A DNA stretch of 64,000 nt from an uncultured delta proteobacterium (lineage in GTDB: Bacteria > Desulfobacterota > Binatia > UBA9968). The notes under the pieces are model-generated. The model made no database searches, was not told the DNA's origin, and worked only from the letters and a program-made list of their open reading frames with translations. Position numbers and translations under genes: made by a program. Shown piece by piece: positions 39,213 through 49,548 of the stretch; the first letter of the stretch is position 1, and the number at the start of each line of letters is the position of its first letter. The stretch lies in NCBI GenBank assembly GCA_963737905.1, contig CAVTUQ010000021.1, positions 29,852 to 93,851 on the forward strand, given 5' to 3'.

Positions 39213-40218
39213 TTATTTAAAGAACCCTTTATCCGATAACTCTTTAATAAAGCTCCCGTCAAACACATCCTCCATCCGCAGCGAAGCTACCTTGGGGTTT
39301 CTTGGCGCCAGCATATCAAAGACCAAGCTTGAACCCTTTCTCCGTCGGCAGCGGTACTTTCTCATAAACGTGGTCCTTGACGTACAGCCACTGTCGCTCT
39401 AACAGCTCCTGGTTCGGATTTCTCAAATTGCGCGCCGTGATCGCAATCGACTCTTCTTTGTTTTGTTGGAAAAATCGAACCCCTCTCATGTATCCTCTGA
39501 TCAACGCCAGCACCGCGCCTCGATTGGCCTGCGCGTATCTCCTGGTTGTAAATATCGCGGTAAATGGGAATTCGACGCCGAGATCGATCAAATCCAAAAC
39601 CTTGTAGAGGCCCGCGCCGCCGCCGATAAAAGTCGCGCCACCGACGGTGGCGGCATCGACGGAACCGACCCGAAGCGCGGCGAGCCGCTCCGCCGATCCT
39701 CCGGTAACCAACATGGTCACCTGCTTCGGATCGACGCCCAACTGCCTGAGAGCGATGCGGGTGGCGACTTCATCCGACCCCCCCACGGCGCCGATGCCGA
39801 TTTTCTTGCCGACAAGATCGCCGGCGCTCTTTACCGGCTGGCGCGTCACGAAGGTGTAGTCCAATCGGTTCATAGGAACTGCCACGATGACCGCGTCTTC
39901 GCCCGCCGCCCGTGCCCCAATCGGACCCGCGGACCCCGCGATGCCGGCTTGAATCTCTCCAGCCAAAAGCGACTGAACTCCCCTTATGTTCCCCTGAATG
40001 TAGGTTATTTCAACCTCAATGCCCTCTTCTTTGAATAGTCCTTTATCCCGCGCGATCCATAATGGCGCGAAATCAATGACGATGCTAGGAATGGCCACGC
40101 GCATTCTCTTTAGCGGCTCTGCTCCGATGGCTATTCCAGGCGCCAACAGGCCAAAAAAATAACAACCAGCGACAATCGCTGCTCCCCAAGTGACTTTTCC
40201 CGCGCGACCTTTCGTCAT
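39213..40218 (-). CDS. TauA/SsuA/NMT1-family substrate-binding protein (3' frameshift)
   Basis: PLWIARDKGLF. After an extra base near 39325 it continues VFDMLAPRNPKVA...KELSDKGFFK to a stop at 39213. Confidence 0.85.
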
Positions 40219-40405
40219 GTTGCTTCTCCCCAGTACATCAGTAGACCTTGAATTGTTCGCTTCACAAGTGCTCTAATCGATCGTCGCGCTCTAACGTTGG
40301 AGTGGATACGGAGGCGACGAAAAAACATTACTCTTCCGGATTTGCCCGGAGAAGAGCGCAAACGTTAACAACAAAGTTGCAGATGTTTGACTAATCGATC
40401 GCGCC

Positions 40406-41317
40406 ATGGACCGTTTTCGAACCATGCAGAGCTTTGTCGAAGTCATTAAACTTGGCAGCTTCTCCGAGGCCGCCAAGACTCTCGGCCTGTCGCGCGCGCT
40501 GATTTCGCGCCATGTGACGGACCTGGAGAAACACCTCGGTGTTCGGCTGCTGACGCGGACGACACGCCGCATAACTCTGACAGAGGCCGGGTCGGAGCAT
40601 TTCAATTTTTGCCAGCGCATTACTAAAGAGATCGAAACGCAAGACACTTCCCTCAAACGGTTGCAAAGGGAGCCGGCAGGATCGCTAAAAATTCTTGCCC
40701 CCAAATCTCTTACTACCTTGGCGCTGGGGGACGCGATCGCGAGTTTCGGGGCGGCCTATCCTCATCTTCATATCAGTCTCATGCTCGATGACCTTTCGTT
40801 TCGGAGCTACGATTTTATCGAACGCGGATTCGATGTCGCTGTGCATACGACGCCGGTTCGCGAATCAAGCCTGGTTGCCAGAAAAATTGCCAATTTGCGT
40901 TGGCTGCTTTGCGCCTCGCCCAAATATCTCGCGCAACATGGCGAGCCGCGCCGGCCGCGGGATCTCACCCGGCATCAGTGTTTAATCCATGTGAACTCGG
41001 ATCCGAGCGACCGGGTTTGGCGTCTCCGCGACGCCAAGGGATTAGCCTCGGTAAAAGTCCAGGGACCGTTCGCCTCCAATAGCGTGCTCGTGCTGCGCAA
41101 GGCCGCATTAGAGGCCTTGGGCATCGCAATCTTGCCAGCCTACTGCGTTAGAGGGGATCTCAAGTCAGGAGCCCTGCGCGAGGTGCTTGCCGACTTCCCG
41201 ATTCCCGTTCACCCGCTTTCTCTTGTTTGGGCCCCCGGCCGCGAAACGCCGAAAAAAATTCGCCACTTGGCCGACTTCCTCGCGGATTGGTTCCGTCACC
41301 ACCCTGTGCCGCAATAG
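40406..41317 (+). CDS. LysR family regulator (CrgA-like)
   Basis: GSFSEAA, LE..LGVRLL.RTTR..LTEAG; divergent from the SBP gene. Confidence 0.95.
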   Translation: MDRFRTMQSFVEVIKLGSFSEAAKTLGLSRALISRHVTDLEKHLGVRLLTRTTRRITLTEAGSEHFNFCQRITKEIETQDTSLKRLQREPAGSLKILAPKSLTTLALGDAIASFGAAYPHLHISLMLDDLSFRSYDFIERGFDVAVHTTPVRESSLVARKIANLRWLLCASPKYLAQHGEPRRPRDLTRHQCLIHVNSDPSDRVWRLRDAKGLASVKVQGPFASNSVLVLRKAALEALGIAILPAYCVRGDLKSGALREVLADFPIPVHPLSLVWAPGRETPKKIRHLADFLADWFRHHPVPQ

Positions 41318-41359
41318 GATTTCCTTCAACCCCAGTCCTTCAGTTTAATGCCGGGCTCG

Positions 41360-44293
41360 TTACATTCGCGTTTCGGGGTCGGGCAGAAAGCTGTCGAGTT
41401 CGGCATTGCTGAGCCGGCGTGGAATGCGGGATTGCCCTTCGGCGATGAGGTCGTCAGCGCGCCAGGTCCATAGGCGGACGATGTCGTCGCTGCAGACAGT
41501 AGCGATCAGGCGTGAATCGGGGCTGAAGCAGGTATCGAGGACACGATCCGGGTGCTCCAGACGTGCCAGTTCGGCGCCATCCGCGAGCTGCCAGACTCGC
41601 GCGCTGCCGTCGGTGCCGGCGCTAACCAGATGCGCGCCGTCGGGCGAGAGTTCGAGACTGATCACACCTTCGTGGAATGCGTTCATCAGCGGTCGGCCGT
41701 TGTTCAGCTCGCGAACTTCGATCTTCTGCTCGCCGGAGACGCATGCGATCCGGCGTCGCGCGAAGTCGAGGTGCGGCCGGCCGGCATGCTCGACGATTGT
41801 TCGACCATCCGTAAGCTGAACAACGGAACCGCTCGAAGCGTACGAGTCGCGCAACAGCGCCAGGTCTTGTGTCACATCAAAGGCACCGAGGAGTCGGGAT
41901 TTCTGGATCGCCAGCGTCGCGACGGAAGCTCCGTCGACAATGCGCCAGACGCGGACGGAGTCCGGCAGCACCACGGCCAGATGCGTGCCGGCGGCGTCAA
42001 AAAGCAGGTCGGCGACTTTGTCCTCGGATGCAAAGCATCGCTCGAGCCGGCCGTCGGCAATCCGTCGTACCAGCACCGCGCCGCCGGCCGCCATGGTGGC
42101 CATTTTCCGACCGTCGCGCGTGATGGCAATCGGCGCCAATTCAATCCGGCGGCGGAGCGCTAACGGCACCGCACGCGTGACGTCCCACAGGCGAAGATGC
42201 GGGTCGCCTGCAGGGGTTGTGCCGTAGCTCGGGTTGCCGACGGTGACCACGTGCTGCGCTTCGTTGCCGGCAAAAACTTGCGTCCAGATCGACCCCGTCT
42301 GATCCAAGCGGATCGCCGGCTTTGTGCGATCGGCCGGCACGACCAGCGACCCGTTCTCCGGCGCTTTCACCAGCAGGTGTTTCGCATCGGCGCTGAAGGC
42401 CAGCGACGTGAACTGCGCCGCGTGCGCTTGGCGCAACGCGCTGGCGGTGTCCGCATCCCACAACGTCAGGTGCCGGCCGGTCGAGACGCTGATGTGGTAG
42501 TTGGCATCGCAGGCCACACCGCTGGCGAGATCTTCCGCCGGTGCTGTAAACAGTACGTCACCGTCGCTGTTCACCAGCGATATCTGACCTCCGGAACGCA
42601 GGTGTTTGGCATCGCGATGAGCGACGACGAGGAAACGCCCGTCGGATGCCAGCGCCGCGCAGTAGGCCTGGTTGCGCACGCGGTACCGGGCGATGAGTCG
42701 AGCGAAGCGTGGCTCCCAAACATGGACGGCGTTTCCGTGATGCGTAAAGGCCAGCAGGCGTCCGAGACCGTCGCCTTCGAAGTGGTCTATCGCATCGTCG
42801 TGCGCGAGCCGGCTCATCGTTTCGGCGGCTTCAGGGTCGGCCAAGCGCAAGGCAAGAGCGCCTGCGCAGATCTCCGACGGCGGCCCGGAACCAAAGGCGA
42901 ACACCGTCACCGCGACCCAGTCGCCGTCATCCGCGATGGCCGCGCGGAGCGGGCGCCCATAGAGTTCCCAGAGGATGCGCGGGGACTCCTCGACGCCGAT
43001 GTTCCAGGCCAACACGCGAGTATGGCCGGTGGGACTCGAGCCGGTAACCGCAACCAGAAAGTTGTCGACCAGAGCGATGGCGGCGGGTTCGTCTTCAAGT
43101 TCGACGGTGAACGGGCTGCCCTCGCTGCCGAGGGGCCATACCTGCAGCGGTCCTTTCCGCAGCGAGCCGGCCGCCGCGATCCACGTACCCTCAGGATGAA
43201 GGGCGATCATATCCATGCCCGCACCAGGACGACATCTTCCCAATCTCACGCCATCGGTACTGCGATGCACCTGCACGACACCGTCGGTGCCTCGAACCAC
43301 GATCGTTGCATCGCCGGCCCCGAATTCTACGCGCTCGGCCTGCAGCCCGAGGTGTACTCTCCAGACCACGGCGCCACTCGCCACCTCGACCAACTGCAGC
43401 ATCCTACGGACGCCGATCGCGAACACGCCGCCGCCTCGCGCCATCGCCACTGCAGCGTCGCGGGGATGTTTATGACGGACCAGAGGTGGCCGCGGTACGA
43501 GGGTGAGCGAGCGCCGCAGCGCGCGGTCACCTTCGACAGTAGGCCAGCGCCGCAAGGACTCGATGGCCAGCAGCGCGGGCGTCTCAACGGCGTACTCGGC
43601 CGAACCGCGAGTCAATTCCGATTGCGCGGCCAGTTGCCGCGCGAGCGCCTTCAAGTACAGCTCGCGTTGGCGGGCTGCGGCGGCGGCATCGGCAACGCGG
43701 CTCGCTTCGATGAACTCGGCGTGCAGGCGGCTCAGGGCTCTGTCGCCGCGCCGGCCGGACTCGGCGAGCCAGCGCAGGGCATCCTGCAAACCCTGTCCGC
43801 TGAGCAAACGGCTCGGATCGCGGCGATGCTGCAACCATTCGCGTGCCCGCGTCAGCAAACGGCTGTGATCGCGTATCCAGTCGGGATCGCGGTCCGCTGC
43901 CTTGACGAGGCGGTCCACGAGTCCATCAATGCCTTCACGCAATCGAACAAACAACCAGTTCGGCACCTGCAACGTGGCCGGAACCGTTTTCGCATCGACG
44001 TCGCGCCACACGAGAGGCGCCAGCCTCTTCTTCCCTTCAACCGCCAGTCGTAATTCACTGCGGCAGGCTGCCGATGTCACCGCATCGGGGCTGAGGATGA
44101 AGACGAACACGTCGGCGGCGTCGATCGCAGCGCCAATTTCTTTGCGCCACGGCGCCAGTGCTCCGATGTTTTTCAGATCCAGCCACGCAAGACGCCCGCG
44201 AGCTGCCAGGCCGCGACGCAACTTCATCGCGAAGGCCTTGTCCTCGCGTGCATACGAAATGAAAAACTGCGCGGTGTTGGGTTTTCCGGTCAT
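41360..44293 (-). CDS. TIR domain + WD40 repeat protein
   Basis: FISYARED, VFILSPDAV.S..CRSEL TIR motifs; helical linker; WD40 repeats such as SPDG..LVSAG.DG.ARVW. Confidence 0.88.
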   Translation of the reverse strand: MTGKPNTAQFFISYAREDKAFAMKLRRGLAARGRLAWLDLKNIGALAPWRKEIGAAIDAADVFVFILSPDAVTSAACRSELRLAVEGKKRLAPLVWRDVDAKTVPATLQVPNWLFVRLREGIDGLVDRLVKAADRDPDWIRDHSRLLTRAREWLQHRRDPSRLLSGQGLQDALRWLAESGRRGDRALSRLHAEFIEASRVADAAAAARQRELYLKALARQLAAQSELTRGSAEYAVETPALLAIESLRRWPTVEGDRALRRSLTLVPRPPLVRHKHPRDAAVAMARGGGVFAIGVRRMLQLVEVASGAVVWRVHLGLQAERVEFGAGDATIVVRGTDGVVQVHRSTDGVRLGRCRPGAGMDMIALHPEGTWIAAAGSLRKGPLQVWPLGSEGSPFTVELEDEPAAIALVDNFLVAVTGSSPTGHTRVLAWNIGVEESPRILWELYGRPLRAAIADDGDWVAVTVFAFGSGPPSEICAGALALRLADPEAAETMSRLAHDDAIDHFEGDGLGRLLAFTHHGNAVHVWEPRFARLIARYRVRNQAYCAALASDGRFLVVAHRDAKHLRSGGQISLVNSDGDVLFTAPAEDLASGVACDANYHISVSTGRHLTLWDADTASALRQAHAAQFTSLAFSADAKHLLVKAPENGSLVVPADRTKPAIRLDQTGSIWTQVFAGNEAQHVVTVGNPSYGTTPAGDPHLRLWDVTRAVPLALRRRIELAPIAITRDGRKMATMAAGGAVLVRRIADGRLERCFASEDKVADLLFDAAGTHLAVVLPDSVRVWRIVDGASVATLAIQKSRLLGAFDVTQDLALLRDSYASSGSVVQLTDGRTIVEHAGRPHLDFARRRIACVSGEQKIEVRELNNGRPLMNAFHEGVISLELSPDGAHLVSAGTDGSARVWQLADGAELARLEHPDRVLDTCFSPDSRLIATVCSDDIVRLWTWRADDLIAEGQSRIPRRLSNAELDSFLPDPETRM

Positions 44294-44514
44294 GCCGAAT
44301 TTCAACTTGCGGCGGTAGCGCGGGTTTCGTCAAGTTGTTGAGGCTGAAACGCTCATCGGCCCCAAGTTGACATAATGTCGCCATATCGGCTACTGTCCCG
44401 CCCACAATGGGCGTGTGAGGTGGGTTCGTCTTTCCGCTGGCGCCTTTCAGCTCTTAAAAGTCGTGTTGGCGCCCAATTGTTGGCGGAGTTTTTGAGTTCT
44501 CAATGGCGGACCTT

Positions 44515-45050
44515 CAAAACAAATTCCTATCGGTTGCCGCAATAACCACGCCGCCTGACGGAACTTGCGCGCGCGATCGAGGTCCTCGGTATGGTCGGGG
44601 TGAACCTCGGCTGTTCCATCGCGAGTCGCCCTCTCGATGACGCCGCGTTCGCATCTTCTTCGCAGAGTTGAATCGCCGCGGTACGATCGTTTTTCTCCAC
44701 CCGGTTGGTTGCGGTTGTGGTCCCTTCCTAGAGGATTTGGGATTGGACTTTCCTCTGGGAGCGCCTTTCGAAGATTCTATCGCTGCGATACGGTTGGTTT
44801 TGGGCGGAGTTATCCACCGCTTCCCTAAGATTCGATTCATCGTACCCCACCTGGGCGGTACCCTGCCTTTTCTCGTGACGCGGCTCGATAGCTCGTCGGT
44901 AGCCAAGGCGGTGGGAGTATAAACCCAGTGAGTATCTCAAGCGCCTGTGGTATGACTCGATCAACGGCAATGCCGCAGCGTTGCGCTGCGCTAGGGAAGC
45001 CTTCGGCGCCGATCGGCTGGTGTTAGGCACCGATTTTCCCCACCTGGCGC
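44515..45050 (+). pseudogene. Amidohydrolase_2 fragment
   Basis: GMVGVNLGC..PLDD, VFLHP, PHLGGTLPF, LWYDS and LGTDFP in shifting frames; both ends missing. Confidence 0.8.
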
Positions 45051-45089
45051 CCTCGCGCCTGAGGTCAATTTCTACTGCGAAATTCGGCT

Positions 45090-46214
45090 TCAACCCCAGA
45101 CTTCGCGCGCCACCCGCACGACCAGCGACAGCTTTGCCATCTCGGCATCGACGGTGATGTTGTTGCCCAAAACCGTGCTGGAAAATCCGCATTGCGGGCT
45201 GAGCGCCAGCTGCTCGAGAGGGACGTACCGGCTCGCCTCGTCGATGCGCCGTTTGAGATCGTCGGCACTTTCCATGTCGCCGCTCTTGGTCGTCACCAGG
45301 CCGAGGACGATTTTTTTGTCCTGGGGCACGAAACGCAGCGGAGCGAAGCTGCCCGCCCTCGGCGAGTCGTACTCAAGAAAAAAGCCGTCGAGTTTGAATT
45401 CGTTGAACAGAATCTCCGCCACCGGATCGTAACCGCCCTCGGCGGCCCAGGCGCTGCGGAAGTTGCCGCGGCAGATATGCATGCATACGGTCATGTTAAC
45501 GGGCCGGTCTTTGATGCACTCGTTAATCAATTTGGCGTAGGTGTGCGGCAACCGGTCGGGGTCTTCGCCGATATGGCGCACGCTCTCCCGCATCTTTTCG
45601 TCGCAAAGATAGGCCATGTTGGGATCGTCAAGTTGGAGATAAGTGCAACCGAGATCCGCCAACGCGTGGATCTCCTCGCGGTAAACGCGCGCCAGGTCGT
45701 CATAAAAACTGTCCATGTCAGGGTAGGCCCGCTTGTCGATAGCCGCGCGGCCGCCACGCATGTGCAAAATCGTCGGCGATGGGATGCACAATTTTGCAGT
45801 GCGCTGGGTGACCGACTGCAGATACTTGAAATTATCCGTCTCGATGCCGCCGCGGCGCTCGAGCCGGCCGGTGATTTCAAAGCGCGTTGGCGTGCGCTCG
45901 ATCTCCTGCTCGCCCGCTTTGAACTTGCGCGCGACGCTTTGCTCCGCCACCCCCTCTTTCACAGTCACGCCTTCGAACTGCCGCAAAAAATCCGCATGCC
46001 AGATGGTGCGGCGATATTCGCCGTCGGTGATGCCCTGCAGGCCGATCTCTTCCTGCAGCTTGGCCACATCGCGAATAGAGCGGTCTTCTATTTCCCGCAG
46101 CGACTCGGCGGAGACAGTTCCTTGCTCATGCTGCTCGCGAGCACGCAAAAGTTCCGGCGGCCGCAGCAAGCTACCGACGTGATCGGCGCGAAACGGAGGT
46201 CTCCCGTGGGTCAT
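45090..46214 (-). CDS. Cobalamin-independent methionine synthase II (core MetE-like) family protein
   Basis: RADHVGSLLRP, TDGEYRR, HICRGN, FLEYD and SPQCGF (Zn ligands); single barrel. Confidence 0.9.
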   Translation of the reverse strand: MTHGRPPFRADHVGSLLRPPELLRAREQHEQGTVSAESLREIEDRSIRDVAKLQEEIGLQGITDGEYRRTIWHADFLRQFEGVTVKEGVAEQSVARKFKAGEQEIERTPTRFEITGRLERRGGIETDNFKYLQSVTQRTAKLCIPSPTILHMRGGRAAIDKRAYPDMDSFYDDLARVYREEIHALADLGCTYLQLDDPNMAYLCDEKMRESVRHIGEDPDRLPHTYAKLINECIKDRPVNMTVCMHICRGNFRSAWAAEGGYDPVAEILFNEFKLDGFFLEYDSPRAGSFAPLRFVPQDKKIVLGLVTTKSGDMESADDLKRRIDEASRYVPLEQLALSPQCGFSSTVLGNNITVDAEMAKLSLVVRVAREVWG

Positions 46215-46403
46215 TTTATGATACCTCTCGCTACAATCTTCAAAACAGTTGTTTTCATCATTGCCACGTTTGAATTGTGACGAGAAGAGCTGAGAGATTA
46301 AACGTAAAGTTGCAGTGGTTTGATCAATGCAGCGGGCAGCCCGATCGATTGCACTTATCACACGCTGGCACTAGATTCGCAATGGGTCGATCAACCATCC
46401 CTT

Positions 46404-46520
46404 AGCGCGTTGACCGCCTCCGCCTTCGGTCTTGCGGCAACCGGCAGCATAGACTATAGCTGGAACGGCTTTGAAGACGCTTTTAAGAATGATATTTTTT
46501 TCAACGCGAGGAGGAAGTAA
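46404..46520 (+). pseudogene. 3' remnant of the alpha/beta hydrolase gene
   Basis: SALTASAFGLAATGSIDY...FFNARRK matches the end of 48574-49548. Confidence 0.85.
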
Positions 46521-46525
46521 TTGTT

Positions 46526-47431
46526 ATGCGTTCAGTCAAATCGTCGGTGAAAGGATGGAAGGCCGCGGGAACGGGCGTGGCCGTTCTGATCGTCCTGCAG
46601 GCGTTTGGGCTGGGAGCTGTCTGGCCACAGGAACTCGCTGAACCGCGGCTCGACGAGGAAATCGTCAAACAGGAAAAAATCTTCCAGAGGCGAGGCGCGG
46701 ACGTTCCCAGCGGCTACATCACCAATCGAGGGCTCTCGAACTACGCGGAGCTTCTTCCCTCCGGCTTCTGCGACGCGCTCGACAGGCTGGGCAGCTCGGA
46801 CCGGTGGCTGGATATCGGCGCGGGCGCCGGGCAGGCCATACTGGACTACTACGCACCCGAAGGCGACGCGCCGTCGGATGAAAAGTGCGTCCGGTCCGGC
46901 AGCAAGGCGCGCGCGGTCGCGCTGTCCATAGAGGATCGCCGGACGGACAAGTGGCGACAGCAGGCCGCGAGCCTCGGCGGTGACCGTCTACGGTATCTCT
47001 CCGGCAAGCGTCTGCGGCAATATTCGGGCGAGGAGCTTGGAAAATTCCAGATCATTACCGACGTGTTCGGCGGCTTCACCTATACCGAAAACTTGTCCCA
47101 GTTCGTCGAGAAGGTGCTGAGCTTGCTGGAGGTCGGCGGCGTCTTCTACACGCTGGTGCCAGGCGTGCACTTAGAGGATGGCAAGGATAAACTCGGCGTC
47201 TTGTATCTGACCGAGCTGGAGAATGCCGCCGGCCGCCCCGATAAAGTGTGCTCCTGGCTGAAGCGAAGCGCCGGCGTGCAAGTCACCTGCGAGTCGAAGA
47301 GCGACTGGAAAAGGCCCACCGAGTTGATAAAAGTCGAGAAGGTCTTCAGCGATGTCTCTGTCCCGCGCACGAAATTATTGGAGTTCGGGGCGGGATATCC
47401 TCCCGACAGGCGATTCCAATTGGAACAGTAG
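46526..47431 (+). CDS. Class I SAM-methyltransferase-fold protein with export signal (copy 1)
   Basis: WLDIGAGAG and LLEVGG motifs; basic plus hydrophobic N-terminus. Confidence 0.8.
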   Translation: MRSVKSSVKGWKAAGTGVAVLIVLQAFGLGAVWPQELAEPRLDEEIVKQEKIFQRRGADVPSGYITNRGLSNYAELLPSGFCDALDRLGSSDRWLDIGAGAGQAILDYYAPEGDAPSDEKCVRSGSKARAVALSIEDRRTDKWRQQAASLGGDRLRYLSGKRLRQYSGEELGKFQIITDVFGGFTYTENLSQFVEKVLSLLEVGGVFYTLVPGVHLEDGKDKLGVLYLTELENAAGRPDKVCSWLKRSAGVQVTCESKSDWKRPTELIKVEKVFSDVSVPRTKLLEFGAGYPPDRRFQLEQ

Positions 47432-47434
47432 GTC

Positions 47435-48376
47435 ATGCAACTGATTCCAGGCTGTTCAAAAAGGTCCAGATGCGAGGCGCGCGATAAATCGACGAGCGGA
47501 GGCGTATTTACTGATACGTTGGAGCGAGGCGATCGAGCGCAACGAAGCAGATGGGCCTTTTTCAACAGCCTGCTCGCCATTCTTTTTTTTCTCGGTATCA
47601 GTAGTTTTGCCGCGGCAAACCCTTTTGATGACGCAAGTGCTGCGTACGAGCGCGGCGACTATGTTCAGGGGATAAAACTCTTTCGCCAGCTTGCCGAGCA
47701 AGGACACCAATGGGCGCAGAGGAGGCTGGGTTTGATCTATGCAGAGGGGAAAGGCGTGCCGCAGGATTATCAGGAGGCTGTAAAGTGGTATCGCCTCGCA
47801 GCAGCGCAAGGAAACGTCCTGGCGCAGTATAGTCTGGGTCTAGCGTATGAAAAAGGGCAAGGCGTGCCGCAGGATTATCAGGAAGCGGTGAAGTGGTATC
47901 GCATCGCGGCGGCGCGGGAAGACGAATGGGCGCAGACGAGGCTGGGTTCGATATACGCAGAGGGGAAAGGCGTGCCGCAGGATTATCAGGAGGCTGTAAA
48001 GTGGTATCGCCTCGCGGTGGCACAGGGATACGCACCGGCGCAGTCCAGTCTGGGTCTAGCGTATGAGAAAGGGCAAGGCGTGCCGCAGGATTATCAGGAA
48101 GCCGTGAAGTGCTATCGCCTCGCGGCAGCGCAGGGAAACCAATTTGCCCAAATTAATCTGGGTGTGATGTATACCAATGGCACAGGCGTGCGGCAGGACT
48201 TTGTGCGTGCGCATATGTGGTTTATCCTCGCTGCCGCAGCATTGAGCGGCGATTCTGGAGATACGGCGACAAAGAAGCGAGATAGAATTGCATCAAAAAT
48301 GACAGCCGAGCAGATTGCAACCGCGCAGGAGATGGCGCGGCGCTGTCAGGAGTCTAAACTTAAGAACTGCGACTGA
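47435..48376 (+). CDS. Sel1-repeat protein with an in-frame MITE in its leader
   Basis: Five Sel1 repeats (AQ..LG..Y..G.GVPQDY.EA.KWYR.AA.QG) with 108-bp DNA periodicity. Confidence 0.92.
   Translation: MQLIPGCSKRSRCEARDKSTSGGVFTDTLERGDRAQRSRWAFFNSLLAILFFLGISSFAAANPFDDASAAYERGDYVQGIKLFRQLAEQGHQWAQRRLGLIYAEGKGVPQDYQEAVKWYRLAAAQGNVLAQYSLGLAYEKGQGVPQDYQEAVKWYRIAAAREDEWAQTRLGSIYAEGKGVPQDYQEAVKWYRLAVAQGYAPAQSSLGLAYEKGQGVPQDYQEAVKCYRLAAAQGNQFAQINLGVMYTNGTGVRQDFVRAHMWFILAAAALSGDSGDTATKKRDRIASKMTAEQIATAQEMARRCQESKLKNCD
47448..47572. mobile_element. MITE (125 bp) with 21-bp terminal inverted repeats
   Basis: CAGGCTGTTCAAAAAGGTCCA / TGGGCCTTTTTCAACAGCCTG, 19 of 21 positions complementary. Confidence 0.85.
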
Positions 48377-48487
48377 AGCACATGCACTCAGAGGGGGCTG
48401 GCAACGTATGGACAGACCCCCCTTACCGGGATAAAGTTGGGTACACGACAGATTGTCAGGCTTTGGCCATTCGCTTACATAGCGCCC

Positions 48488-48540
48488 GTGCGCGATGAAC
48501 AAAACAAAAAGCTCGAAAGTCTGGAAGTAAAAGTCTGACC
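48488..48540 (+). repeat. Dispersed ~45-55 bp repeat (other copies 52355-52397 and 56306-56360)
   Basis: TGAAC(A/G)AAACAAAA..GC..GAAAG....GAAG.AAA.GTCTG shared by three loci. Confidence 0.7.
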
Positions 48541-48573
48541 TTTGTTTCGCCCTGTGAATCGTTCTCGGGAGTA

Positions 48574-49548
48574 ATGTTGCCAGTAACCGCAGCCGCGATC
48601 GTCCGATCAGGTTTTCGCATTCCAGCCCTTTTGCTGATCGCCCTCATGGCGTATTCGGCCGGCTGTGCTCGCCAGTTTCCGGCGACTGAAGTCACGCCGA
48701 TAAAGGCCGCAAACCCAGCCGAGCTCCAGCGATATCTACTGTCCCGCAAGCCCGACGTGGCGCAATTCAGGTCGCGTGGGCCCTTTGCCGTCGTCGAGCG
48801 CAGAGACCTGGAAATCCCCCTGGCTTCCGGTCTCACGGTGGAAGCGGACTTATACCTGTGCGTGGCGGCCCGCAAGGCCCCCCTGGTCATCGTGTTGCAC
48901 GGTCTCGACAATTCCAAGGAGGACCATGCCTTCCAAGCGATGCACTTGGCCTCCTGGGGCATGCATAGCATTGCCCTCGATTTGCCCAAACACGGCCCGT
49001 GGATCGCCAACGGCAGAACCCTTGCCAGGCTCGTCGACGCCATTCATCGGACGCCGCAGCTCGTCGACGGCCGCATAGACGCGGATAAGATCATTCTCGC
49101 GGGCCACTCATTCGGCGCGACCGCCGTCGGCACCGCGTTGGGGGAAGGCGCCCCCACGCTGGGCGGCGTCCTGCTCGACCCCGCCGGGATCGGCCGGGAA
49201 TTGCCGCAGTTGCTGAAGCGGATCACCGTTCCGGTGATGGTGATCGGTGCGGACGAGGACATTTTTCCCACTCGCAACCGCGGGCAATTTTACCGCTTTA
49301 TTCCGGCCGCTGTCGGCGAGATCTCGATACGGGACACGGTCCACGCAGATGCACAGTATCCGAACGGGCACACGCTGCGCGCATTCGAAGACGAACCGGA
49401 TGACACCGAAGAAGCGCAGATCACTTTCGTCAGCGCGCTGACCGCCTCCGCCTTCAGCCTTGCGGCCACTGGCAGCATAGACTATGCCTGGAACAGCTTT
49501 GAAAACGCTTTCAAGAATGGCATTTTTTTCAACGGGAGGAGAAAGTAA
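48574..49548 (+). CDS. Alpha/beta hydrolase, probable lipoprotein
   Basis: SAGC lipobox-like site; VLHG, LAGHSFGA, LLDP and H.D motifs (chlorophyllase-like layout). Confidence 0.85.
   Translation: MLPVTAAAIVRSGFRIPALLLIALMAYSAGCARQFPATEVTPIKAANPAELQRYLLSRKPDVAQFRSRGPFAVVERRDLEIPLASGLTVEADLYLCVAARKAPLVIVLHGLDNSKEDHAFQAMHLASWGMHSIALDLPKHGPWIANGRTLARLVDAIHRTPQLVDGRIDADKIILAGHSFGATAVGTALGEGAPTLGGVLLDPAGIGRELPQLLKRITVPVMVIGADEDIFPTRNRGQFYRFIPAAVGEISIRDTVHADAQYPNGHTLRAFEDEPDDTEEAQITFVSALTASAFSLAATGSIDYAWNSFENAFKNGIFFNGRRK

Noticed and set aside
42197-44053. 618-aa plus-strand ORF
   Set aside because: Antisense shadow of the GC-rich TIR-WD40 gene with no recognisable motifs. The same applies to other antisense ORFs such as 2221-3183, 15281-16279, 45192-46280 and 53793-54722.
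46215-46400. Cobalamin or SAM riboswitch upstream of the MetE-like gene
   Set aside because: No B12-box or SAM-I core motifs could be recognised by eye; an Rfam scan would settle it.
47146-47580. Minus-strand ORF MASRLLKKAHLL...
   Set aside because: This is the MITE read on the reverse strand, continuing antisense into the methyltransferase gene.
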